Source: a virus (lineage: Duplodnaviria > Caudoviricetes). Taken from it: DNA of 33,143 nucleotides. The notes below the pieces were generated by a model. The model was not told the DNA's origin. It saw nothing but the letters and a program-made list of their open reading frames with translations, and made no database searches. The position numbers were made by a program, and so were the translations under genes. The stretch is taken from IMG/VR virus record IMGVR_UViG_3300037863_000077, positions 1-33,143 of that record. One strand, written 5' to 3'. Shown in pieces: positions 5,529-13,737 of this stretch. Positions within the stretch are counted from its first letter, which is position 1; each line of letters opens with the position of its first letter.

Positions 5529-7868
5529 CTAACGCATATTTATCACCTTTCCATCTGTCGATGCAACCCCTTCGACAATCCGGCGCAACTCGGACTTAGC
5601 CATACCGGCCATCTCCGGCGCGGCAAAAATGTGCTTCTTGGTTTGGTAAGCGACGGACGCAAGGCGACCGACATCAATCCAGCCGGCTTCTTTGAGCGCG
5701 TGCAGCAGCGCTGCTTGAGGCACTTTAGTGCCATTAGGAACGTGCGCCGCAGCGATGGTATCGCAAAGTTTGTGGAACGGCCCGCCAACGACGCCAGGCG
5801 CAAACGGCCCCACACGCTTCTTCATCAACTCAACGAGGAACGACTCAGCGACCGATAGGCCATGCTCAACCATGTTAAGCTTCCACTCAGTCACGGGCGG
5901 GGCCACCGCCGGGTTAAACCGCGCCACATCGCGCTGCCAGAGCCAAGCGGCGATCTTTTCATATCCGCCGTGCTTATACCAACGCCATAGCGCCGTCGCG
6001 GCATCTTCGTCCATGCGCGGCGCGCGTGACCAGACGCAAAACCACCGCCGATCCTGCGATGGTATCGTGATAGGCAACGGGTCATTGGTAAACGCTACGA
6101 CTTGCAGCCTGTTCAGCATCTCATAGGGGTGCAGCCCCTTGCGGTTGATCAACAGTGTTTCTGGCGGCGCAGCGATTATGGGCTTCAGCTTATTTGATAA
6201 CGCCCGCCGTTCGCGCGCGTCACTTTCTCTTAGTTCGTTTAGAATAACCACCTCGGCTTCCAAAGCGTAGCCCCATTGACTATCTAGCCCGCCAGCCTCA
6301 ATCACCGACCTATTGTGCTGGTGAATCCCGCCAACAGCCCATAAAAACGGCGCCCAAAACGTATCTTTTCCGCTGCCTTCATCGCCGCCATGCAGGACCG
6401 CGTGATTGATTTTAACATTCGGGTTTTGAATCTTGAACGCCATGACATTCAAAATGTGATTCAATTCGGTTTGATCTGGCACCAAATTGTTACCGTGTTC
6501 GAGCCATTGCGACACGTCCAGGTCAGTCATCGCGTCGCTCTCAGCCATGTCTGGCCGCGCGTTAACCCAGCGGTTGCCGTAGGCCAGGCCGTCCCGCGAT
6601 ACAAAAACACCCTCGCCGGCTGCATAGGTCACGCCGACTAGCGCCGCTGCGCCATACTCTTGCCGCCGCTCATCAAAATAGACGCTGGCGGCAACGCGGT
6701 TTTTATTGTTGTGGATCGACCGGCAGTCGATGTGCCGAAACAGCGCGTTAAACACGTTGCGCGGCACCTCGCGGCGGGTCACTAGGTCGAAGTAGCTATC
6801 ATCCGATTGGACGTAAGCAAAACGGTCAAACCAATCGGCTTTCTCGGATCGTCCAGCCTCTTTGCGCTCAACCTCGCGGACACGGGCCGCGGCTTCGTCG
6901 GGAAAATCAACCGTTGGCGCAATTTTAGACGCCATGCGTTGCATGACCTCGGCCAGCAGTTCATCTCTCAAACCCGGCGTTACCTTTGGGCCACCGTTTT
7001 CCGCCACCCAAGCCAAGAACGCTTTGCTGTCCATATCCGTGCAGTGACCGTGATAGCAGCAGTACGAGCGATCCAATGGTTTGTAGCGCCCTTCAGCGTT
7101 GCCGTCGCTATGCTGCGCGCTGTTAGGGCAGATGACGCCGCACCAACCCTCACCGTTCACTTGGCTCGTCACCATACCGCTGTCGGATAGCCACGCCAGT
7201 ACATTATCTTGGCCGGTGTCACGGACGCGAATTGACTTGTGGTCCGCCGTATCGGCTTCGGCGGGTTCGACGCCCAAGGCCTCGCAGATAGCTTCTAGTG
7301 TATATTCGCGCTTGGGGTGGAACTCGACCAGCCGCGCGGCGAAATTGTCCCTACCTTGCTTTAGGTTAATTGAACCAGGAATTCGGCAGTTGCGAACCGG
7401 GTTCGTTGCGCCGGGGTCGGTGTACCCTGCGTCGGCGATGGCTTTAATAGCCGCGCTAAAGTTGCCCTTAGTTGGTTGCTCAACGAAAGCGTAGCCCCAC
7501 TGAAACGATCCAGCGCTAGTTTCCATAATCCATGTCGGCGCCAGCAGCGGCGTTTTGGATTTGGTGCCAATGTCGTCAAGCATCATAAACAAAACATACT
7601 CGACGTTCTCACGTTTCGCGGCGGGTTTGCCGTCTATAAAACGGTCTACGATAAACGACCCAGTGTTGACGTACCAAGCCTCACTCGGCTTGATGCGCGC
7701 CTTGTCTGGGAGATACGCGGGGAACGTCGCCTTTGGCACCCCGTCGCCGTGAAAAACAATATCGCCGTTCTCGCGCTTAGGTTTTTGGTGCAGCAGCAGC
7801 GCTGTCTCGCCTGTTTCGTAAGCCAAGCCGGCGACATAATTTATAAAATCGTTGCGCGCGTCGTTCAT
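5529..7868 (-). CDS. DNA primase-helicase (RepB/AEP-like primase, Zn-binding linker, SF3/D5-like NTPase)
   Basis: MMLDDIG and WIMETSAGSFQW primase motifs; CPxxxxH...CYHGHC; Walker A GDEGSGKD; Walker B-like VVILNE. Start at ATG 7868 with an AGGGG RBS. Confidence 0.85.
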   Translation of the reverse strand: MNDARNDFINYVAGLAYETGETALLLHQKPKRENGDIVFHGDGVPKATFPAYLPDKARIKPSEAWYVNTGSFIVDRFIDGKPAAKRENVEYVLFMMLDDIGTKSKTPLLAPTWIMETSAGSFQWGYAFVEQPTKGNFSAAIKAIADAGYTDPGATNPVRNCRIPGSINLKQGRDNFAARLVEFHPKREYTLEAICEALGVEPAEADTADHKSIRVRDTGQDNVLAWLSDSGMVTSQVNGEGWCGVICPNSAQHSDGNAEGRYKPLDRSYCCYHGHCTDMDSKAFLAWVAENGGPKVTPGLRDELLAEVMQRMASKIAPTVDFPDEAAARVREVERKEAGRSEKADWFDRFAYVQSDDSYFDLVTRREVPRNVFNALFRHIDCRSIHNNKNRVAASVYFDERRQEYGAAALVGVTYAAGEGVFVSRDGLAYGNRWVNARPDMAESDAMTDLDVSQWLEHGNNLVPDQTELNHILNVMAFKIQNPNVKINHAVLHGGDEGSGKDTFWAPFLWAVGGIHQHNRSVIEAGGLDSQWGYALEAEVVILNELRESDARERRALSNKLKPIIAAPPETLLINRKGLHPYEMLNRLQVVAFTNDPLPITIPSQDRRWFCVWSRAPRMDEDAATALWRWYKHGGYEKIAAWLWQRDVARFNPAVAPPVTEWKLNMVEHGLSVAESFLVELMKKRVGPFAPGVVGGPFHKLCDTIAAAHVPNGTKVPQAALLHALKEAGWIDVGRLASVAYQTKKHIFAAPEMAGMAKSELRRIVEGVASTDGKVINMR

Positions 7869-7879
7869 TAGTTTTCCCC

Positions 7880-10765
7880 TTAGCCTTTGCCGTAACGGGC
7901 CATAACGGCAACTTCCGCGTTCAGCGGTAGCCCTGCGGCCCATGTTGGCGGTGTACACATGATCTCAACCAGCCGCTGCGCGGCGTGATCGACCTGTGCT
8001 TCCGGTACTTCCAGCACGATCTCATCGTGAACGTGCAGAACTACCTCGAAAATTTCTTCTTCCAGCCGCCGCAACGCGCAACGTAGCAAGTCATTGGCCA
8101 CAGCCTGCGTGATGTTCTCACAGTTGTGAACGATGACCGGCCCCTCGGCCCCCATTACTACAAACCGGTTGCGGGGGCCGCAATTTATCAGATCGTAAAC
8201 GTGCGCGTAATGTCGGGCGCCGCCATGAGGTCCGGCCATTTCACGCCGCGGCTCAGACGATATAGAACCGTTGTGTAATTGACCCCGCATGTCTCCGCCA
8301 ACTCCGCCGCAGTCATAACCCCGTTCGGCGTCTCCACTAGGCGGCTGTTGCGCTTGTTGCGTGCTTGCACCTTCATAGACACCCACCGACAATTCCCCGG
8401 CAAATACCCAATGTCGTTGTTGGCGCGGTCCAGCGACAAGCCTCCCACGTACCCCGCACCCATATCGGCCCAGAAATTCTTGAACGACGCCCAGCGCGGA
8501 CACACCGCGATACCCCGGCCACCGTAATTTTTCCACGCAGGATGCGACGGCCTCGCGCAGCGCGCTAACATACTGCGCCAAACCGCATACGCCGGATGCC
8601 TCGTCATGCCGTGCGTCTGCTGCACTTCCCGCTGAAATGCCGCTTTGCGGCACCCGCAAGATGTAGGCCGTGCTTTGCGCACCAATTTGCAAAAGTTGGC
8701 CAGCTTCATTACGCGTGTCTGCCCACAATCGCACGTTATCTCCCAGACCGATCTGCGCCCGTCGGTCCCCAGCCACTTCGTAGCCGTCAGGTATCCGACA
8801 CGCAGCCCGGTTATATCCTTCGATCTTGTCCGCACGGAGCCACCCTTCTTCGGTTAATATAAGGTGGTCTGGTGTAACTGTAACCCCATACGCTTGCAAG
8901 ACCTCACCATACTTTTTGTATGCGGCGCCGTCTTGCTGCACCCATTCTTCACCATCCCATACAGTGTCGGACGCAGTGACAGTCTCTATCGCCACCCAAC
9001 CTCGACGCGTAAGCACCGGCGTACCTTTTGCAATGCACGCCAAGCCGCGCCACAGACGCGCGCGGGGCCATTCCTTCGCGTCAGCGGCGGGCTTCCACGC
9101 CGCCTTGGCGTAGGTCAAATTGCCTTCGTCGTCGAAGCGAGCAAAAGGATAGCATAGTACGCGGCCAGATGGCAGAATATACCATAGATGCTGTTTATCG
9201 TAGACGTAAGTAACGCGCCCCGCGGTAAACTCTGTGCCGGGGTTCCGCATCGCCGCCGTATACGAGCGTTCCAATCCCAGCCAGTAAGGCTCGGCCCAGC
9301 TATTCGCGCGGCGCCAGGCGCTTACCATCCGCCGGCTGTCGCTCTCATGCAGCACGACATTATAAATTCGGCCCATGCTAGCGAACGCACCGATGCCGCC
9401 GGCAAAACCACACGCAAGTTCTTGCACCTTCCCGATCTGGCGCTGGTCCTTATCCACGTCAGCATAGGCAACCTGAAACGTCGCTGCGGCGTTGTGCTTG
9501 TACACGTCCTCGCCGCGCTCAAAAATTGACAGCTTGTTCGCGCCGCTGTTGCTATTTGAGGCCCACGGCGTCACCCGCGCCTCGACCGAAGCCCAGTCGG
9601 CCACGACCAATACCTTACCGGGTGCGGCCAACATCGACGGGCGCAGCATACCCTTCAGCACGTCAGTTGTTCGGCTACCAAATTGCGGCACAATCTGATG
9701 GCCGCGCACCATCGCTTGGCGGGTCAGTGCAGGGTTGGCAGCACACCGTCGTGGAAAGTTGTGGACCTGAAGCCCATAAGACGAAGCGCGTCCAGTAGCG
9801 CTACCTCCAGCAAATACAAACGCGCCTCTAACCCTGCTATCATCATCGTCTGCCAACGCAGCCGCGCGTGCAAACTTCGCAACTGACGACGCCCACAAGT
9901 CGTCCGCACACTGAATGACTTCTGCAACGTCCGCCGGGACTTCATCAGGGTTTTCCTCTGCCAGCACTAACAGATTGGCGCGCACGTTCTTGTCGATGGA
10001 CAGTTTAGCTTCGCCGTCCTTATGTATGGTGGCAATCTTCAAAGCTTCGGGGCCAACCCGGTCTAAAACCCATTTACGCATTTTGGGACTGCGGACGGAT
10101 GTAATCGCGCCGCCGGTAATCTCGCGCACAATATCTTGTATTTCAACTTGTTCGGCGTCAGCGTAGCGTACAGCGGCTTGCGCCAGCGGCCTGTCCAGCA
10201 ACACGCCCCGGTCGTTGATACGCTCGTTAACGTGATAGTCGCGCAATTCGTCGGCAGACAGAGGCCGCATAGCTTGGCTGACTGACCGCATGGCGCGGAC
10301 ATCTTGCTCGCAATATGCCACCATTTCCGTCATCAGGTCGGGCTCATCGCGGAAGCTGCCATCACCTTGCGGTATAGACAGCAACCGGATTAACTGACCG
10401 CCGCGGTGGTCCTTACGCATACCCGCGCCAGCAAAGCGGCCTACATCTTCCAGGCTACCCGGCGCACAGTTGGCGCGGGCTTGCGTGGCTGTGCAGTAGA
10501 ACTGCTCAAGCGCAAAATCGTTCTGTAGAACATACCAAAACACCAGCCGCTCGAACGCAGCGTTGTGTGCGTAAATCAGGCCGGTATGCTCGCGCACCTC
10601 GTTCGGGAAAGGTTGCCCTGGCAACCACGTCCGCACGGCGTCATCGTCAAAGGCGTAGGACATGCATAGCACGTCGGTGCTGGCGTCCTGCGCGTAATTG
10701 TAGACGCCCTTGCTGCGAAGGTCGCAGCGGCTCCGCGTCTCAAAGTCAATCCAAAGAATACTCAC
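7880..10765 (-). CDS. Family A DNA polymerase precursor containing an intein (961 aa; about 656 aa after splicing)
   Basis: Exonuclease motifs IDFET, AHNAAFER and YCEQD; motif A VADWASVEAR; motif B RQIGKVQELACGF; motif C LHVHDEIV. GTG start overlaps the upstream stop (GTGA). Confidence 0.93.
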   Translation of the reverse strand: MSILWIDFETRSRCDLRSKGVYNYAQDASTDVLCMSYAFDDDAVRTWLPGQPFPNEVREHTGLIYAHNAAFERLVFWYVLQNDFALEQFYCTATQARANCAPGSLEDVGRFAGAGMRKDHRGGQLIRLLSIPQGDGSFRDEPDLMTEMVAYCEQDVRAMRSVSQAMRPLSADELRDYHVNERINDRGVLLDRPLAQAAVRYADAEQVEIQDIVREITGGAITSVRSPKMRKWVLDRVGPEALKIATIHKDGEAKLSIDKNVRANLLVLAEENPDEVPADVAEVIQCADDLWASSVAKFARAAALADDDDSRVRGAFVFAGGSATGRASSYGLQVHNFPRRCAANPALTRQAMVRGHQIVPQFGSRTTDVLKGMLRPSMLAAPGKVLVVADWASVEARVTPWASNSNSGANKLSIFERGEDVYKHNAAATFQVAYADVDKDQRQIGKVQELACGFAGGIGAFASMGRIYNVVLHESDSRRMVSAWRRANSWAEPYWLGLERSYTAAMRNPGTEFTAGRVTYVYDKQHLWYILPSGRVLCYPFARFDDEGNLTYAKAAWKPAADAKEWPRARLWRGLACIAKGTPVLTRRGWVAIETVTASDTVWDGEEWVQQDGAAYKKYGEVLQAYGVTVTPDHLILTEEGWLRADKIEGYNRAACRIPDGYEVAGDRRAQIGLGDNVRLWADTRNEAGQLLQIGAQSTAYILRVPQSGISAGSAADARHDEASGVCGLAQYVSALREAVASCVEKLRWPGYRGVSALGVVQEFLGRYGCGVRGRLVAGPRQQRHWVFAGELSVGVYEGASTQQAQQPPSGDAERGYDCGGVGGDMRGQLHNGSISSEPRREMAGPHGGARHYAHVYDLINCGPRNRFVVMGAEGPVIVHNCENITQAVANDLLRCALRRLEEEIFEVVLHVHDEIVLEVPEAQVDHAAQRLVEIMCTPPTWAAGLPLNAEVAVMARYGKG
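8123..9037 (-). mobile_element. Intein (305 aa, polymerase residues 577-881)
   Basis: Block A CIAKGTPVLT (Cys1); block B VTPDHLILT (TxxH); block F HVYDLINCG; block G VIVHN followed by +1 Cys. Removal restores RLWRGLA-CENITQAVANDLL. Confidence 0.92.
8188..8835 (-). CDS. HNH-family (homing) endonuclease nested in the +1 frame inside the intein
   Basis: DITGLRVG...CDCG...SCGC N-terminal module; W..M..RC...YGGRGI.VC.RW; LSLDRANNDIGYLPGNCRW...QARN nuclease core; C-terminal HTH-like TAAELAETCGVNYTTVLYRL. GTG start preceded by GAAGAAGGGTGG. Confidence 0.88.
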   Translation of the reverse strand: MRTRSKDITGLRVGYLTATKWLGTDGRRSVWEITCDCGQTRVMKLANFCKLVRKARPTSCGCRKAAFQREVQQTHGMTRHPAYAVWRSMLARCARPSHPAWKNYGGRGIAVCPRWASFKNFWADMGAGYVGGLSLDRANNDIGYLPGNCRWVSMKVQARNKRNSRLVETPNGVMTAAELAETCGVNYTTVLYRLSRGVKWPDLMAAPDITRTFTI

Positions 10766-11517
10766 AACTTTTCTTCGCAGAAAATCCCGCAGTCAAAATC
10801 CATATTTTTCATCGACCGCCCTTTAGCGGCAGGGTCTAACTCGTCGAGAAACACACGGCGGTTATTAACGCGAACTAACCGCGCGCCTAGCCGCCTAGAC
10901 TGCTCCGCACGATCTTGAAACACATCAGGATGCTGCTGACGCACATGGTTCCAATAGGTCGGAGATGTAGCTTTCACACACCCAATGCAATTGGCGTTGG
11001 GGTAGCCCATACGGTACATACGCGGTAGCGTAAGGCCCGCAGATTGCAAAATAGCGTAACAATCAATTTTAGTTATGTTGTTATCTATCAACACCGGCAG
11101 CACGTTGCTACGCTCGGTCAATACAAACCTGTCGTGCCTCGTTTTCTCGTCAGCGGTAAACCCCAAAACGTGCCAATCGGCGCGGTTTTCAGCTTCCCAA
11201 TCCTGCCGCGCGCGTTTTTTTAACTCTAGCGTACAGGGCGCCCCTCTTGGCCCACTCATAAATGAACGCTGTTCCCAAACGTCTCGCGCAGATTGCGACG
11301 GGTATCGCCGCGCGGCAACCGTCTCAATTTCAACGCCAAGCCAAGACTGCACATCTTGAAGAAACCGCCGGTTATCCGCGTCCTCTTCCACAACAGGGTT
11401 ATTGAGAATACGGACGCGCGCAACGCTGGCGTATTTGTCTTGTGTCATCTTAGCGGCAACGGCGCTTGCGGCGCCGCATGAAAACCACACGGCGATAACA
11501 TCATCTTGTTTTACCAT
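10762..11517 (-). CDS. PAPS-reductase-like (adenine nucleotide alpha-hydrolase) protein with Cys clusters
   Basis: N-terminal PP-loop-like VWFSCGAASAVA; GFTADE; YRMGYPNANCIGCVK; terminal DCGIFCE. GAGGGG RBS. Confidence 0.75.
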   Translation of the reverse strand: MVKQDDVIAVWFSCGAASAVAAKMTQDKYASVARVRILNNPVVEEDADNRRFLQDVQSWLGVEIETVAARRYPSQSARDVWEQRSFMSGPRGAPCTLELKKRARQDWEAENRADWHVLGFTADEKTRHDRFVLTERSNVLPVLIDNNITKIDCYAILQSAGLTLPRMYRMGYPNANCIGCVKATSPTYWNHVRQQHPDVFQDRAEQSRRLGARLVRVNNRRVFLDELDPAAKGRSMKNMDFDCGIFCEEKL

Positions 11518-11541
11518 CCCGAAACCCCTCTTTCGCTACTC

Positions 11542-11567
11542 GCTGGGGCGGTGTGACCCGCCCCAGC
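11542..11567. promoter_or_regulatory. 10-bp stem-loop downstream of the SSB-like gene
   Basis: GCTGGGGCGG / CCGCCCCAGC. There is no U-tract on the coding (minus) strand, so a stability or attenuation element is more likely than a strong terminator. Confidence 0.55.
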
Positions 11568-11578
11568 TTTCGCGCCAT

Positions 11579-12226
11579 CTAGACAGCCGCGCGACGGGTG
11601 CGGCGGGCAGGGGCGGGTGCCTCGTCTTCAGCTTCAACTTCCGGCGAAGCGTCAGCGCCCGTACCAATCCACTTAACTATGTCAAAAACAGGCGTGAAGA
11701 TACGCCCGTAAGACTTGTGCTGGTAGTATTCTTTCTTCAGACGCACTACCGGCACCGGCTTGGACTGGTCCTTGTCCACCTGTTCGGCGATAGCAATTGC
11801 CAACGCCTGTACGGCCTTTTTACCGCCAACTGACGTAGCTGCGTATCGGACTTGCAGACCCTCGTCCTCGCCAGAAGTGCAGGCCAGCGACATTCCGACT
11901 TGCATCTCCCAACCGCGCTTGGCGGCGGGCGGCGCAAGGTCGAGTTCTGGCAAAGGTTCTGACACACTGCCCATTTTTTCAGCCAGCACCTCACCGTCGC
12001 CCCAAGCGATAAAGCCGTGAACGAACGAGAAAGGATTTACAGCCCAGAGGCTATCTTCCTCGGTTTCGTTCTGTTCCGCGCCGAATACCCAATGGCCCGT
12101 TTTATCCATCTTGAGGATGATGCTGTTGGAACTGGCGCCCGTGCTGGCAGCGACAGAACGCAAGGCGGAAGCGAGGGACTTAACCGATGGCAGATTGGCA
12201 CCGGCAAACGCAGTGATATTTGTCAT
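11579..12226 (-). CDS. Putative single-stranded DNA-binding/annealing protein
   Basis: Lies between the nuclease and the polymerase; aromatic beta-rich core (LKMDKTGHWVFG, YQHKSYGRIFTPVF) and acidic tail. Start ATG 12226 with an AAAGGA RBS. Confidence 0.6.
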   Translation of the reverse strand: MTNITAFAGANLPSVKSLASALRSVAASTGASSNSIILKMDKTGHWVFGAEQNETEEDSLWAVNPFSFVHGFIAWGDGEVLAEKMGSVSEPLPELDLAPPAAKRGWEMQVGMSLACTSGEDEGLQVRYAATSVGGKKAVQALAIAIAEQVDKDQSKPVPVVRLKKEYYQHKSYGRIFTPVFDIVKWIGTGADASPEVEAEDEAPAPARRTRRAAV

Positions 12227-12242
12227 TATATTTCCTTTTTGG

Positions 12243-13364
12243 TTACTGGATTTTGGCCATTGCTTTTGCAAGCGTTTGACCGATTTGCAACACTGGCGAG
12301 CGCGGATCGCTATCCGGCACAAGAGTGCTACCGCTGGAGACAGAGACCACTAGGTCATCTGGCAATTTCTGTTTTGTCGCCTTGAGTTCTTTCTCAACGA
12401 CAGCAGGTGATTTAAGTTTTGGCTCCTGTAGCGGGTATATATTCCGCGCTTCCATCCATGCGTCGGCCTTTCCCTCGTCAGTCCACTGGCGCGTTGCGCG
12501 CTTGTTGACCAGCTTGTAGCCGGGCACCTGCACACCGCCTTCGATCATCGTGTGGGCCAGCGCCTGCAAATCCTTGATGAACGCTTCGACGACCGGCACC
12601 TGGTCCAAGTAGTGCGCGATTTGATCGACAGGCACCGCGTCCAGCTTGGCTTTGGCGATGCGGTCGAGCGCGCCAGTCATCAAGGGGCAGACCGGCTTGG
12701 CCGCGCACCACTTGCAATGGTCGCCCGAGGCGAGCGGTGCGTTTGGAAGCTTTGCCTGTTTAACCGCAGAGGCCAATTCCTGCTCAAATAATTTGATTCG
12801 TTCGACCGACGTTACCCACCGTTTGACGCTGGGCGGCTGCACGATAATCAGTTCAACCTCGGTCGCACCGTCGAACGCCCACATCGTTTCAGGCGTCCGC
12901 ATTGCGGCGGCGGCGTAGAACATCAACTGCGCGTTTTCTTCCGCTGCCACGGGAACGCCAGAACCAAACTTCCAGTCCAACACAATAGCCCTATCGTGAA
13001 GGCGACCAAGAAGGTCAGTAGAGCCAAACACATCAGGTAAAAAATCGCCAAAACCAACGCGAGATTCAACCGCATATTCCATCTCCTGCGCCGGGTCGAT
13101 GTCGTTGAGCGCGTCGAGCGCGACCAGCAACTTATCGTCGATCAAATCTTCCGTCAGCACTGCCTGCCCATGCTTGCGGCCAAGAAACGCCGCCGGGGGC
13201 GCGCTGCTGTCAAGGATTTCAGCAATGGCGTTGTGTAGCAGCGTGCCTTCATCCGCGTAGCTGCTGCTGGGTTGCGGCGGCATCTTATCTACCAGCGCCA
13301 CACTGCCAGGGCAGTTAATGACGCGCTTGGCGGTCGAGCCGCCGACGATACGACTGTGTTGCAT
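12243..13364 (-). CDS. Cas4-like/PD-(D/E)XK nuclease (DUF2800-like)
   Basis: N-terminal S...R...CPGS; EGTLLH; FGSTD; VLDWKFG; NAQLMFYA; C-terminal HCKWCAAKPVCP. Start ATG 13364 with a GAGGT RBS. Confidence 0.8.
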   Translation of the reverse strand: MQHSRIVGGSTAKRVINCPGSVALVDKMPPQPSSSYADEGTLLHNAIAEILDSSAPPAAFLGRKHGQAVLTEDLIDDKLLVALDALNDIDPAQEMEYAVESRVGFGDFLPDVFGSTDLLGRLHDRAIVLDWKFGSGVPVAAEENAQLMFYAAAAMRTPETMWAFDGATEVELIIVQPPSVKRWVTSVERIKLFEQELASAVKQAKLPNAPLASGDHCKWCAAKPVCPLMTGALDRIAKAKLDAVPVDQIAHYLDQVPVVEAFIKDLQALAHTMIEGGVQVPGYKLVNKRATRQWTDEGKADAWMEARNIYPLQEPKLKSPAVVEKELKATKQKLPDDLVVSVSSGSTLVPDSDPRSPVLQIGQTLAKAMAKIQ

Positions 13365-13395
13365 ACTGTACCTCAGTTCATTGTTTGGAACGCCC

Positions 13396-13423
13396 AGCAT
13401 ACACGCCACAAAATTTAGTGCAA
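13396..13423 (-). promoter_or_regulatory. Leftward sigma70-like promoter of the replication operon
   Basis: On the minus strand: TTGCAC, 16 nt, TATGCT, in the AT-rich divergent intergenic region. Confidence 0.5.
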
Positions 13424-13426
13424 GGG

Positions 13427-13455
13427 TTGAAATGCAAAAAATTATGCTGTAGCAA
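13427..13455 (+). promoter_or_regulatory. Rightward promoter candidate, possibly giving a leaderless transcript
   Basis: TTGAAA, 17 nt, TAGCAA, ending 6 nt before ATG 13462, which has no SD. Confidence 0.35.
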
Positions 13456-13461
13456 GACAGC

Positions 13462-13737
13462 ATGACAGAGAAAGAAATTGAGGCGTATTTCGTTAAGCGC
13501 GTGAAAGCGTTGGGCGGTCATGCGTATAAATTTCGCAGCGTGACGCAGCGCGGCGTGTGCGACCGCATCGCCTGTATGCCTGACGGCAGCACGTGGTTTG
13601 TTGAGTTGAAGAAACCCGGCGGGCGGCTGTCACCGCTGCAAGAAGTGTTCGCGGAACAGATGGCAGCGACTGGCCAGCACTACGCCGTGCTGTGGTCGCG
13701 TGAGGATGTGGACGCATGGGCGGGGAAGATAAAATGA
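13462..13737 (+). CDS. VRR-NUC domain nuclease
   Basis: EKEIE...GVCDRI...FVELKKPGGRLSPLQ pattern, next to a SNF2-like helicase as is typical. Confidence 0.85.
   Translation: MTEKEIEAYFVKRVKALGGHAYKFRSVTQRGVCDRIACMPDGSTWFVELKKPGGRLSPLQEVFAEQMAATGQHYAVLWSREDVDAWAGKIK

Noticed and set aside
7869-7958. Longest-ORF starts in the track (7958 here; likewise 12322, 13463, 13716, 14645, 16967, 17386, 20972)
   Set aside because: Downstream starts have better RBSs or stop-start coupling and avoid long overlaps, so coordinates were adjusted.
8123-9037. Group I intron or broken polymerase as the explanation for the insertion
   Set aside because: The polymerase frame is uninterrupted and bounded by precise intein motifs (C...HN/C), which fits protein splicing.
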